This document shows, in pieces, positions 35,677 to 45,262 of a stretch of 64,000 bases of DNA. Both the position numbers and the translations under genes were made by a program. The notes under the pieces are model-generated. The model saw nothing but the letters and a program-made list of their open reading frames with translations. It ran no database searches and was not told the DNA's origin. Each line of letters starts with the position of its first letter. The first letter of the stretch is position 1. Origin of the DNA: Calditrichales bacterium (GTDB lineage: Bacteria; Calditrichota; Calditrichia; Calditrichales; J004); assembly GCA_965267575.1 (NCBI GenBank), contig OZ254086.1, positions 3,392,001 through 3,456,000 of the forward strand, given 5' to 3'.

Positions 35677-38327
35677 TGCGCATTTTTTCCCTGCCGCTGC
35701 GCTACATGATTCCGCTGCTTCTGTTAACGGCGGGGATGTTGTTCAGCACATACCTGTTTTTTTACGAAACCCATCTTTCATACAAAAATGTTGAAACTAC
35801 CGTCCGGGAACAGGCGCGGACAATCGGGCTGCTGGCTTCGAGTGAAATAGAGGCGTCTTTACGCGCCCAGAATCCTTCTCACGCGCAGGATATTCTGACC
35901 CACCTCAGCACGTTTGAAAATGTAGAAGAAGTGTTCATTTTCGGGCCGGACCTGCAGGCGCGCTTTGCCTATGACCATTTGCTGGAACAGAAGCCGTTGG
36001 AAAAGACCCTGTTCAACGAATACAGGGATGTCATCAGGAAAGCTCAAAAAGACATGAAGGGCCGGTCTTTTCTGTCGACGGATGGCGAATCCGTAATTGC
36101 CGTTTTCCCCTTCACCGACATAAATGTGGCCGAACGGGGATTTGATCATACAGGCTTGTTGTGTTTCCGGATAGACCTGGAAGAAAAAAAGGCCGTCGCG
36201 TTTGAAAAGGCGTTTTTACGATCGCTTATCAGTATTATTGTTTTTGTGCTTATAAGTCTTGTCATATGGCTAATCGTCCACTTTCATGTGCTGAGCCGCG
36301 TTAATATGCTTATTGATTTTACCCGCGGCGTAGCCGAAGGCCGTTTTCGCCTACTGGATATCGAAGAAAACAATGAGATAGGCGTGCTGGCCCATGAGCT
36401 GAATGAGATGTCGCGGCGCATTGAACATACCACGCACGACCTGCGGCGCAGCAGCGAACGGCTGACCGATGCCCAGCGCATTGGTAAAATGGGCGATTGG
36501 CGCCTTGATGTGATCACACAGGAATTTACCTGGTCCGGCCAGGTATACAATCTTCTTGGTTACCCCACGCAGTCCATTACGGTTTCTTTGGATGATTATC
36601 TGAGCCTTTGTCCGGAAGCGGAGCGCGGGCGGGTACGGGAGACATTTCTGGATGCCCTGTCAGGCAAGACGTCCATGGATATAGAACACCGTATCTCCCG
36701 CGCTGATGGCCAGGAGATCTGGGTGCACCTAAGGAGCGAAAAGGCCGGCGCTTTGAGTCACCTCTCCGGCACACTTTCAGATATAACCGACCGGCGGCGC
36801 GCGGAAGAAGCGTTGCGGGCTTCGGAAGAGAAGTACCGCAAGCTATTTCAGGATGTGCGCGATGTTGTTTACTTCAGCAGCGTCGATGGCGATATCCTCG
36901 AGATCAATAAAGCGGGTTTGGAACTCTTCGGTTATGCCAATCTCGAGGAGATGCAAAATATCAGCGTTTCCGATGATATGTATCTTGACAAGCAGGACCG
37001 GATAAAATTTACGGAGGAGATAAACAAGAAGGGCAGCGTAAAGGACTACGAATTAACCCTGAAAACCAAGCACGGCGAACCGCTTCATGTTCTAATTTCA
37101 TCAAACGTGGTGCGTAACAGTCGCGGAGAGGTGAGCGGTTACCGCGGTATTATTCGCGATGTAACAAAACAAAAGCAACTTCAGCATGAGCTGCTTCAAT
37201 CACAAAAAATGGAAGCTATCGGAACGCTGGCCGGCGGTATTGCGCATGATTTTAACAATATCCTGGGAGCGATCGTGGGATACAGCGAAATTCTGAGGAT
37301 CGACCTGGAGAAAGACCCGAAATCCATTGTTTACGTGGAGCAGATATACAAGGCCGGGTTGCGCGCCAAAGACCTTGTAAACCAGATATTAACATTCAGC
37401 CGCAAAAGGGAGCCGGAAATTAAAGAGGTTATTTTTGCCGAGATCGTGCGCGAAGCCTCTAAATTTTTACGCGCCACCCTGCCTACAACCATACATATTG
37501 AAACGGACATTAATGATGTGAACGGTGTGGTGCTGGCCGATGAAACGCAACTGCATCAACTGATCATGAACCTTTCCACAAACGCCTACCATGCAATGAA
37601 AGATGAGGGCGATGGCGTGCTTACCTTGAGCCTGGATAATGTAAACAGTGTGGATGAAGAAGAAGAGAATGGCACAGACAAGCGCTATCTGAAGCTGAGC
37701 ATCAAAGACAATGGCAGGGGCATGGACGATAAGACCCTGGTTAAAATCTTTGACCCGTTTTTTACAACCAAACCCATTGGAGAGGGTACCGGGATGGGCC
37801 TCTCCGTGGTGCATGGAATCGTTAAAAGTCATGGCGGTTATATCCGCGTTAATAGTGAACCGGGCGAAGGCAGCTGCTTCTCCGTATATTTGCCCTGTGT
37901 CGATAATGTTGAGTACATTCCGGACAAGGCGGAGCTTAACGCCCCGACGGGCCAGGGACGAATTCTGATCGTGGATGATGAGAGTGATCTTTTATACATC
38001 GAAAAAGATATGTTGCAATATTTGGGATATGAGGTGCAGGCCGTCGATGATCCGCTGCTGGCAGAAGATATTTTTCGCCGCGATCCCTTTGCCTTCGACC
38101 TGATCATGTCTGACCTGACGATGCCGCACATGGATGGCGCTGCGCTGATCGCAAAAATCCGGCAAATCGATGAATCAATCCCAATCATACTGATGACCGG
38201 TTATACGGATTTGCAGCGTCTGGACAAAATGACCGATTTGAAAATTTTCTCCGTACTAAGAAAGCCGCTCACCATGTATGAAATGGCCAAGGCGGTTAAA
38301 GCAGTGATGAAAAACAGCAAAGTTTGA
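35676..38327 (+). CDS. Membrane hybrid sensor histidine kinase (periplasmic domain-HAMP-PAS-PAS-HisKA-HATPase-REC)
   Basis: Two TM segments; [13 protein letters not shown] (HAMP); two PAS/PAC ending [55 protein letters not shown]. Confidence 0.93.
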   Translation: MRIFSLPLRYMIPLLLLTAGMLFSTYLFFYETHLSYKNVETTVREQARTIGLLASSEIEASLRAQNPSHAQDILTHLSTFENVEEVFIFGPDLQARFAYDHLLEQKPLEKTLFNEYRDVIRKAQKDMKGRSFLSTDGESVIAVFPFTDINVAERGFDHTGLLCFRIDLEEKKAVAFEKAFLRSLISIIVFVLISLVIWLIVHFHVLSRVNMLIDFTRGVAEGRFRLLDIEENNEIGVLAHELNEMSRRIEHTTHDLRRSSERLTDAQRIGKMGDWRLDVITQEFTWSGQVYNLLGYPTQSITVSLDDYLSLCPEAERGRVRETFLDALSGKTSMDIEHRISRADGQEIWVHLRSEKAGALSHLSGTLSDITDRRRAEEALRASEEKYRKLFQDVRDVVYFSSVDGDILEINKAGLELFGYANLEEMQNISVSDDMYLDKQDRIKFTEEINKKGSVKDYELTLKTKHGEPLHVLISSNVVRNSRGEVSGYRGIIRDVTKQKQLQHELLQSQKMEAIGTLAGGIAHDFNNILGAIVGYSEILRIDLEKDPKSIVYVEQIYKAGLRAKDLVNQILTFSRKREPEIKEVIFAEIVREASKFLRATLPTTIHIETDINDVNGVVLADETQLHQLIMNLSTNAYHAMKDEGDGVLTLSLDNVNSVDEEEENGTDKRYLKLSIKDNGRGMDDKTLVKIFDPFFTTKPIGEGTGMGLSVVHGIVKSHGGYIRVNSEPGEGSCFSVYLPCVDNVEYIPDKAELNAPTGQGRILIVDDESDLLYIEKDMLQYLGYEVQAVDDPLLAEDIFRRDPFAFDLIMSDLTMPHMDGAALIAKIRQIDESIPIILMTGYTDLQRLDKMTDLKIFSVLRKPLTMYEMAKAVKAVMKNSKV

Positions 38328-38335
38328 GGTATTAA

Positions 38336-38707
38336 ATGATTCGATTCTTGGTGGTTGACGACAACGAGACTTTACGCGGCATGCTTGTGGCGCTTCTTAC
38401 GCGGGAAGGGTACACTGTACTGGAAGCGGCCGATGGTTTTGCCGCACTGGAAGTCCTTAAAAAAGAAGATGTGGATATTGCAATCATAGATATCATTATG
38501 CCGGAAAAAGATGGTATAGAAACAATCCGCGAGGTAAAGGCACTTTATCCTGACCTCGGGATTATTGCCATTTCCGGCGGCAGTCCAAACGTGAAAGCGG
38601 ATCTGAGCCTCGATCTAGCTAAAAAGCTTGGCGCGCAGGAAATCATTAAAAAACCGTTCAGCCGTAAAGAAATCCTGGAGGCCATAGCCAAGCTCGTACA
38701 GAGTTGA
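38336..38707 (+). CDS. Stand-alone response regulator (REC only)
   Basis: LVVDDN, IDIIMPEKDG, AISGG, KKPF. Confidence 0.92.
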   Translation: MIRFLVVDDNETLRGMLVALLTREGYTVLEAADGFAALEVLKKEDVDIAIIDIIMPEKDGIETIREVKALYPDLGIIAISGGSPNVKADLSLDLAKKLGAQEIIKKPFSRKEILEAIAKLVQS

Positions 38708-38711
38708 TTAT

Positions 38712-40016
38712 ATGCGAAGCCGTTTTCAAAACTGGAAAAACGATAACCCAGCCATTTGGATCTCACTTAAATACCTTGTTATCGCCTCACTCTGGATATT
38801 CTTGTCCGACCAATTATTGTTCAGCATAGATGTTTTAGATGAAGAAGGCCTGATCATGTATCAGACATTGAAGGGCCTCTTTTTTGTTACGGCCACTTCA
38901 CTTATGCTTTATTTCTTTATCAGAAAGCAGTTCCTATTGCTGCAGCGCAGCAGAGATCTGTTTAGAAGTATTTTTAATTCGCTGGATGACGCTGTCTTTT
39001 TAATAGATCCGGAGCGCAGAACAATTAAAGATTGTAATCTCGCTGTCAAGCATGTCTTTGGTTATGAACCTGATGAATTGAAGGGAAAAGGTTCTTCCAT
39101 TTTACACGTCGATGAAGAGCACAATCGGCTTTTCGCAGAAAAAGGTGAACCAGACCTCTCCGCTAAAGGCTACTTTGAAACCGAATTTGTGATGAGAAGG
39201 AAGGACAATCGTATAATAAATACAAGAAACTTTGTAGCACCAATAGTCCAAAATAAGTGGCAGGAAGGTGTTATAAGTGTTGTAAAAAATGTGACCCGTG
39301 AAAAAGAGCATATCCGGGAAATTGAGAAAAGCAGGCTTGAGCTGAGGCGGCTGGCGCATAAGCTGCAGTATGGCATAGAAGAGGAACGCCGACGCTTTGC
39401 CAGGGAATTGCATGATAATCTCGGTCAGCAATTTGTTATTTTAAAGCTGCGCCTGAAGATGCTTTTGACCCAGTTGATTGAAAAAGATCCCGCGCCCGAA
39501 GAAGTCCAAAGAGAATTCGAAGATATAAATAGCGTCCTGGACAAAACTTCACGCATTTCCCGTAAACTTATCGAGGATTTGAGGCCTGGTGAAATCGAAT
39601 CTCTGGGGCTGAACGGAGCCCTTGAAAACCTCACCCAGGATTTTGCAAGCAAGGCAAAAATAAATTGCCGTTTTCTGACCGAAACAGATGTAAAGATTCC
39701 CCATGATATTGCCATTGCCATTTATCGGATCACCCAGGAATCGCTTTCCAACGTTGCCAAGCACGCGGCTGCACAAAATGTTTTGGTAAGATTATTTATA
39801 AATAAAGATCAGCTTACGATAGTGATAAAAGATGACGGGCACGGTTTCAAAGAAACGGACGGGGATAAGGAAAATACGTTCGGTATTCTGGGCATACGCG
39901 AGAGGGCTAATATGTTCAGGGGGCGTTCCAATATTCGCAGCACAAAAAAGGGGACTACTGTAGAGGTCAGTTTTCCTTTGAAAGGTAACGACAATGACCC
40001 GGATATGCATCGTTGA
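38712..40016 (+). CDS. Sensor histidine kinase, HisKA_3 (NarX/UhpB-type) with 2-TM N-terminus and PAS
   Basis: EEERRRFARELHDNLGQ, LRP, QESLSNVAKHA, DDGHGF, GILGIRER. Confidence 0.92.
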   Translation: MRSRFQNWKNDNPAIWISLKYLVIASLWIFLSDQLLFSIDVLDEEGLIMYQTLKGLFFVTATSLMLYFFIRKQFLLLQRSRDLFRSIFNSLDDAVFLIDPERRTIKDCNLAVKHVFGYEPDELKGKGSSILHVDEEHNRLFAEKGEPDLSAKGYFETEFVMRRKDNRIINTRNFVAPIVQNKWQEGVISVVKNVTREKEHIREIEKSRLELRRLAHKLQYGIEEERRRFARELHDNLGQQFVILKLRLKMLLTQLIEKDPAPEEVQREFEDINSVLDKTSRISRKLIEDLRPGEIESLGLNGALENLTQDFASKAKINCRFLTETDVKIPHDIAIAIYRITQESLSNVAKHAAAQNVLVRLFINKDQLTIVIKDDGHGFKETDGDKENTFGILGIRERANMFRGRSNIRSTKKGTTVEVSFPLKGNDNDPDMHR

Positions 40017-40629
40017 TGATCATGATATTGTTCGGCGCGGCTTTATTAGTCTGATACGTAATGAGTTTGGCCTGGAAGTGGTGGCAGATTTCGGGGATGG
40101 TGAGTCTTTTCTCCGCTACCTTCATGAAGAAAAAGCCTGCGATATTCTGATACTTGACATATCCCTTGAGGGAATAAGCGGACTTGAGCTTTTAAAGCAG
40201 GCGCTTTCCCTAAAAACGGATCTGCGAGTTCTTGTTCTCAGCATGCATCCGGAAGAGCGCTACGGTATGCAGATGCTGCGTGCCGGTGCTTTTGGTTATC
40301 TCAACAAAAGCGACGCTTCGGAAAACATCATAAAAGCTTTACGCCGGCTTGAAGAGGGCAAAAAATACATCAGTGAAAATATGGCTGAGCAAATAGCCGA
40401 GAGGATTGCCGAGCCCCTGCATCAAAAACCACACGAAAAACTGTCGGACAGGGAATACCAGATCATGCTGATGCTGGCCAATGGCAAAAGCAGTAAAGAA
40501 ATCGCAAGCAAACTAAACCTTGCCCAGACAACGGTACATACCTACAAGTCCCGCCTTTACGACAAGATGGGTTTTAGCAAAGTGAACGATATTTTTCGCT
40601 ATGCCATTGAAAACAATCTTATAGATTGA
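39994..40629 (+). CDS. NarL/LuxR family DNA-binding response regulator
   Basis: VDDHDIVRRG, LDISL, VLSMH, GAFGYLNK; HTH LSDREYQIM..GKSSKEIA..TVHTYKSR. Confidence 0.94.
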   Translation: MTRICIVDDHDIVRRGFISLIRNEFGLEVVADFGDGESFLRYLHEEKACDILILDISLEGISGLELLKQALSLKTDLRVLVLSMHPEERYGMQMLRAGAFGYLNKSDASENIIKALRRLEEGKKYISENMAEQIAERIAEPLHQKPHEKLSDREYQIMLMLANGKSSKEIASKLNLAQTTVHTYKSRLYDKMGFSKVNDIFRYAIENNLID

Positions 40630-40635
40630 CACGCC

Positions 40636-40653
40636 TGTCGAATTTTTTCTACA
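40636..40653. promoter_or_regulatory. Candidate NarL/LuxR-type binding box, copy 1
   Basis: TGTCG-AATTTTTT-CTACA (TGTAG-N8-CTACA consensus with 1 mismatch) upstream of the REC gene at 40714. Confidence 0.5.
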
Positions 40654-40713
40654 AGCAAATTGTTCTCCATTTATTATTGTTAATACCAGTAATAAAATGG
40701 ATGCGATAGCGTT

Positions 40714-41097
40714 ATGAACAAGGAATGTTTGATCGTTGAAGATGAAAAGGAAATCGCCAGGCTTTTCAGGGATATTATTCTCACCATCTCTCCCGCAAGC
40801 AAAGTGTCTGTTGCCGCTTCTCTCTCCGAAGCAACCCTGAAAATTTCACAGCTGCAAAACGCAGTCGTACTGATGGATTATTATCTGCCGGACGGAACGG
40901 CGCTGGAGTTAATAGACCGTTTTATGACCAATAAAAAAAATGGCACCGCTTTGGACATAATCGTCATGAGTTCGCATGGGCTCGAAAAAATCAAAGGCGT
41001 TTTAAAATCAAAGGGTGTCACGCACATATTTCATAAATCGGAAGAGATGGATGATCTTTTGCATTATCTGGAACGGCTCTTAACAGGTGAAAGATAA
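40714..41097 (+). CDS. Stand-alone response regulator (REC only)
   Basis: LIVEDE, LMDYYLPDG, VMSS, FHK. Confidence 0.85.
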   Translation: MNKECLIVEDEKEIARLFRDIILTISPASKVSVAASLSEATLKISQLQNAVVLMDYYLPDGTALELIDRFMTNKKNGTALDIIVMSSHGLEKIKGVLKSKGVTHIFHKSEEMDDLLHYLERLLTGER

Positions 41098-41108
41098 AAA
41101 GGCACCTT

Positions 41109-41126
41109 TGTAGTATTTATTCTACC
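41109..41126. promoter_or_regulatory. Candidate NarL/LuxR-type binding box, copy 2
   Basis: TGTAG-TATTTATT-CTACC (1 mismatch) upstream of the next REC gene. Confidence 0.5.
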
Positions 41127-41180
41127 TGAGATTGGTAAACCCCACGACGGCCCGCCAGCAAATAATTTCCGAATATCATA

Positions 41181-41570
41181 ATGTATAAAAAAAGCGAGGT
41201 ATTAGTGAAAGTAGTTATAGTTGACGATTCATCGGATGTACGGTTTATGTTTAAGAATTATCTGCAGGCAAATGGCGTGGCCGTTGTTGGAGAGGCCGAG
41301 TCGGTGTCCGAAGCACGGGAAATAATTCTTGACCAAAGACCGGACCTCGTTTTGCTGGATTTTTACCTAAAGGATGGCACCGGCCACGAGGTTATTAAAA
41401 GCCTTGTCAACAATGATGTGAAATTCATCGTCATGTCCTTTTTTGATCTTAAACCATTTCGGGCTCGCTTATCGTCTGAAGGCGTTGAAAATGTCTTTAG
41501 TAAAGTCGATGACATGGATTTGATCCTGGATAAGATAAACGAGAGAAAGTCCGAAGTTTATAATGAGTAA
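41181..41570 (+). CDS. Stand-alone response regulator (REC only)
   Basis: VVIVDDS, PDLVLLDFYLKDGTG, VMSF, FSK; true start may be GTG 41205 after GAGGT. Confidence 0.85.
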   Translation: MYKKSEVLVKVVIVDDSSDVRFMFKNYLQANGVAVVGEAESVSEAREIILDQRPDLVLLDFYLKDGTGHEVIKSLVNNDVKFIVMSFFDLKPFRARLSSEGVENVFSKVDDMDLILDKINERKSEVYNE

Positions 41571-43431
41571 ACCTTTTTTATCCGGTAAAGAAGAAGATAT
41601 GAATTTAAGAAATGAGAGTCTGTCCAAACTGAGCGCGTTATCCAGCGATCTTTTTTGTGTGGCAAGCTATGATGGCTATTTTCTTGAAGTAAATGATTCA
41701 TGGACAAAACTTCTCGGATATTCTGAAGCGGAGCTGAAAAACAGCCCCCTAATAGATTTCGTCCACAACGATGACAAGCAAAAATCAATTGAAGTTTATG
41801 AAGATTTGCGCAAAAACCACAAGTCTCTAACAGGTTTTGTAAATCGCTGCATGACAAAGGAAAATGCCTGCCGTTATCTCACATGGAGCGTAATGCCTGA
41901 TCCGGAAAGCAGGCTTTTTTATGCCGTCGCCCGCGACGATACGGATAAGATCATCGCTGAAAAGGCCATGCAGGCCAGCCACAAAAAGTATCTTGAATTG
42001 TTTGAAGAATCGCATGATATAGTCTACTTCGCCAATGCCGACGGTTATTTGCTGGAAATAAATAATGCCGGCTTAAGGCTTTCCGGTTATGAAAAAAAGG
42101 AAGAGCTATTTGGCCGGAAAATTGAGGATCTTTTTGTAGACAAAGCAGACAGGCACAGGATTTACAGGCAGCTTAAGGAAAAAGGGAAGGTTTCTGAATT
42201 TGGTGTAAAGCTTAAAGATAAAAACGAAAAAGAACACTCCCTAATTCTTTCGGCCACCGCCATTTTTGACGCCAATGGTAGTTTTGTCGGTCACCGCGGG
42301 ATTGCTTACGATATCACCGAAAAGGAAGAGCTTCTTAAGCAGGTGCAGCATATGCAGAAGATGGAAGCGATGGGTATTCTGGCCGGTGGAATTGCCCACG
42401 ACTTTAACAATATTCTGGGGGTTATTACCGGATATGCCGAGATGGCCATGCTGACCAGCAAGGATGAAAAAATCAGCGGTTACACCGACCAAATACTTGT
42501 TGCAGGCAAACGGGCAAAAGATCTGGTTCAGCGTATTTTGGCGTTTAGCCGGTCGCACACCCGTGAATTCAAGGCCTTCTCCTTAAAAAATCATTTAAAC
42601 GATTCCGTTAAATTTTGCCGTTCGGCCTTTCCCAAAAGCGTGGCCATTGATACACAGTTTCCGGATGAGGAAATAAACATTTTTGGCGATGAATCTGAAT
42701 TACAGAATGTCTTTTTAAACCTCTTTACAAACTCCCTGCATGCCATGGAAGGTAAAACCGATGCCCGGCTGCTGGTTCAAATGGTGCGCCCGTCTAACAA
42801 CGGCAGAGTTGAGGTGTCCGTTAAGGATAACGGGCATGGGATGAGCAGGGAAATAGTCGGAAAAATCTTTGAGCCCTACTTTACGACAAAACCAAAGGGC
42901 GCCGGTACCGGCCTGGGATTGTCGATGGTTCATAGTATCATCAAGAATCATAATGGCTATATCCAGGTGGATTCGGAACCGGGTATAGGCACGGAGTTCA
43001 AAATAACTCTGCCCGTTTACCATGCCGGCGTAATTGAAGACGAAAATATCCAAAAGGCGTTTAAAAGAGGCAGCGGTAGTATTTTGATAGTCGACGACGA
43101 GGAGCATCTGCTTGGCATACAGAAGGAGATGCTTGAGCATATCGGCTATCGTGCAGACGTGTGCGGCCCGGCTGAAATCCTTATGCAGATGGAAAATAAT
43201 AAATACGACCTGGTTATAACCGATCTTGACATGCCCGGAAAATCAGGGCTGGAGCTTGCGCAATATGTTACGGATTATTACCCGGACACCCACCTCATTC
43301 TGTGTACCGGTCACCTGGGGCTCAACGAGGTCAATAAACTGAAAAAGTCCTCTGCAAAGAAAATCCTCAACAAGCCGGTCTCAATGATGGACCTTTCCGT
43401 TGCTGTGTATGAAACATTACAGGGAAAGTAA
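41563..43431 (+). CDS. Cytoplasmic hybrid histidine kinase (PAS-PAS-HisKA-HATPase-REC)
   Basis: No TM segment; two [53 protein letters not shown]. Confidence 0.93.
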   Translation: MSKPFLSGKEEDMNLRNESLSKLSALSSDLFCVASYDGYFLEVNDSWTKLLGYSEAELKNSPLIDFVHNDDKQKSIEVYEDLRKNHKSLTGFVNRCMTKENACRYLTWSVMPDPESRLFYAVARDDTDKIIAEKAMQASHKKYLELFEESHDIVYFANADGYLLEINNAGLRLSGYEKKEELFGRKIEDLFVDKADRHRIYRQLKEKGKVSEFGVKLKDKNEKEHSLILSATAIFDANGSFVGHRGIAYDITEKEELLKQVQHMQKMEAMGILAGGIAHDFNNILGVITGYAEMAMLTSKDEKISGYTDQILVAGKRAKDLVQRILAFSRSHTREFKAFSLKNHLNDSVKFCRSAFPKSVAIDTQFPDEEINIFGDESELQNVFLNLFTNSLHAMEGKTDARLLVQMVRPSNNGRVEVSVKDNGHGMSREIVGKIFEPYFTTKPKGAGTGLGLSMVHSIIKNHNGYIQVDSEPGIGTEFKITLPVYHAGVIEDENIQKAFKRGSGSILIVDDEEHLLGIQKEMLEHIGYRADVCGPAEILMQMENNKYDLVITDLDMPGKSGLELAQYVTDYYPDTHLILCTGHLGLNEVNKLKKSSAKKILNKPVSMMDLSVAVYETLQGK

Positions 43432-43446
43432 AAGGAGAATTAATCG

Positions 43447-43815
43447 ATGGCGCATTTTCTGATAATTGACGATGATGCTAATTTCCGCGGCATGCTGAGC
43501 GCGGTTTTGCAGAATGAGCATTTCGTTGTGCGTGAGGCAGCAACCGGCAAAGCCGCAATGGATATCTTAAAAAGCGAATACATTTCATTTGTCATAACGG
43601 ATATCATCATGCCGGACATGGATGGTTTGGAACTGATTATGGCGATTAAGGAAAACTGGCCGGAAATTGCCATTATCGCGATATCCGGTGGCGCCGAATT
43701 TTTGCCACCCGACCGGCTGCTGAAGGTTGCCCAAAAGCTCGGGGCCAGCCGCATCCTGCAAAAACCTTTCCAGATCACCGAACTTTTGGACAAAGTGTAT
43801 TCTGTTGTTTCTTAA
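43447..43815 (+). CDS. Stand-alone response regulator (REC only), paralog of 38336-38707
   Basis: LIIDDD, TDIIMPDMDG, AISGG, QKPF; SD AGGAG. Confidence 0.92.
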   Translation: MAHFLIIDDDANFRGMLSAVLQNEHFVVREAATGKAAMDILKSEYISFVITDIIMPDMDGLELIMAIKENWPEIAIIAISGGAEFLPPDRLLKVAQKLGASRILQKPFQITELLDKVYSVVS

Positions 43816-43824
43816 ATTGGCCAT

Positions 43825-45129
43825 GTGAAGAAAATACTTGTTTTCTGGCTGCCGCTTGTAGCCACCTGGCTGATGATGGCGATAGAAGGGCCTTTCCTCG
43901 CCGCCATTATCGCGCGCATGGCCGACACCACTTTCAATCTCGCCGCCTATGGCGTGGCATATTCACTGGCCCTTTTATGCGAAGCGCCGGTCATTATGCT
44001 GATGTCCGCCTCCACGACGCTGGTCAAAAACCGAACCGGCTATTTGCGTATGCGCAATTTTTCGCTGGCGCTGATGCTGCTGGTAAGCCTTATCCTGGGA
44101 TTTATTCTCGTTCCGCCGGTGTATGACTTTCTCGCTTTATCCGTTATCGGCCTGCCCGTAGAGGTGGCCGAACTAACCTATATTTCTCTAATATTCTTAC
44201 TGCCCTGGCCGGCAGCCATTGGCTACAGGCGTTTTGTACAGGGCATTATGATTGCCTTTCACCGACCGCGGCTTGTTACCTATGGTACGGTTATTCGTCT
44301 TGGCGCCATGGCCGGAACGGCAACGCTGCTGTACTTGCAAAGCGACCTTCCCGGAAGCTACGTGGGCGCGCTGGCCCTATCGGCCGGGGTGGTCAGCGAG
44401 AGTCTCGCCGGACGCGTTATGGCCCGCCGCATTATCCGCCGTATCTGCGCGGCCGGTGACGCCGGGGAAGAGACATTCAGCTACGGACGCATTTTTCAAT
44501 TCTATTACCCGCTGGCCCTGGCCACCATGATCGGGCTGGGTGCGCACCCGCTTATTACCGTATTTGTCGGGCAAAGCCGCATGGCCGTGGAGTCGCTGGC
44601 GGTATTGCCGGTAATAAACGCGCTGGTTTTTATCTTTCGGGCCATCGGTCTCTCATTTCATGAAGTGGCCATAACCTTTATGGGTTCGCGCGGGGAAGGG
44701 CAGCACCTCTTAAAACGTTTTACAACGATACTGGCTATCAGCATGAGTATTATAATGGGGCTGATTGTATTCACGCCGCTTTCAGACTTTTGGTTTATCA
44801 CCGTATCCGGGTTAACGGAAGACCTGGCACACATCGCCACACTTCCGGCTCAGATACTTGTTCTCATACCGGCTTTATCGATGCTTATATCCTATCAGCG
44901 CGCCATCCAAGTTGTCAGCCGCGATACCAAGCATGTCAGCTTCGCCACCGCAACGGAAGTCGGCACCATTATCATTGTTGTCAGCATCTGTGTGCATCTG
45001 CTGGGCATGGTGGGCGCCATCGCCGCGGCCACGGCTTTGCTGCTGGGACGTCTGTTTGCCAATCTCTATCTAATCCGGCCCAATTTCCGTGCGCTGGACG
45101 AAATGCTGCGAAAAGGTCAAACTGCTTAG
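43825..45129 (+). CDS. MOP/MATE-superfamily membrane protein of the ANKH-like type
   Basis: About 12 TM segments in two related halves (FWLPLVATWLMM..AAIIAR..LAAYGVA; FYYPLALATMI..GQSR..LAVLPV); starts 9 nt after the last REC gene. Confidence 0.65.
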   Translation: MKKILVFWLPLVATWLMMAIEGPFLAAIIARMADTTFNLAAYGVAYSLALLCEAPVIMLMSASTTLVKNRTGYLRMRNFSLALMLLVSLILGFILVPPVYDFLALSVIGLPVEVAELTYISLIFLLPWPAAIGYRRFVQGIMIAFHRPRLVTYGTVIRLGAMAGTATLLYLQSDLPGSYVGALALSAGVVSESLAGRVMARRIIRRICAAGDAGEETFSYGRIFQFYYPLALATMIGLGAHPLITVFVGQSRMAVESLAVLPVINALVFIFRAIGLSFHEVAITFMGSRGEGQHLLKRFTTILAISMSIIMGLIVFTPLSDFWFITVSGLTEDLAHIATLPAQILVLIPALSMLISYQRAIQVVSRDTKHVSFATATEVGTIIIVVSICVHLLGMVGAIAAATALLLGRLFANLYLIRPNFRALDEMLRKGQTA

Positions 45130-45184
45130 CGTAAATCATTTAAATACATAGAGATAGAGCGCTTTTCAGAGTAGTTGTGCCATA

Positions 45185-45213
45185 TTGATTATAAGAATCC
45201 ATCAACGTATATT
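45185..45213 (+). promoter_or_regulatory. Putative sigma70-type promoter for arcC-sucCD-ndk
   Basis: TTGATT-N17-TATATT, 49 nt upstream of ATG 45263. Confidence 0.5.
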
Positions 45214-45262
45214 TAAAGTTTTTTCAGGATGAAACGCGCTATTCTCGAAAGGAAGCCTCTGT

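Noticed and set aside
45185..45205. TTGAT...ATCAA upstream of arcC resembling an FNR box
   Set aside because: The spacer is 11 nt, not the 4 nt of the FNR consensus; it is better explained as a -35 element.
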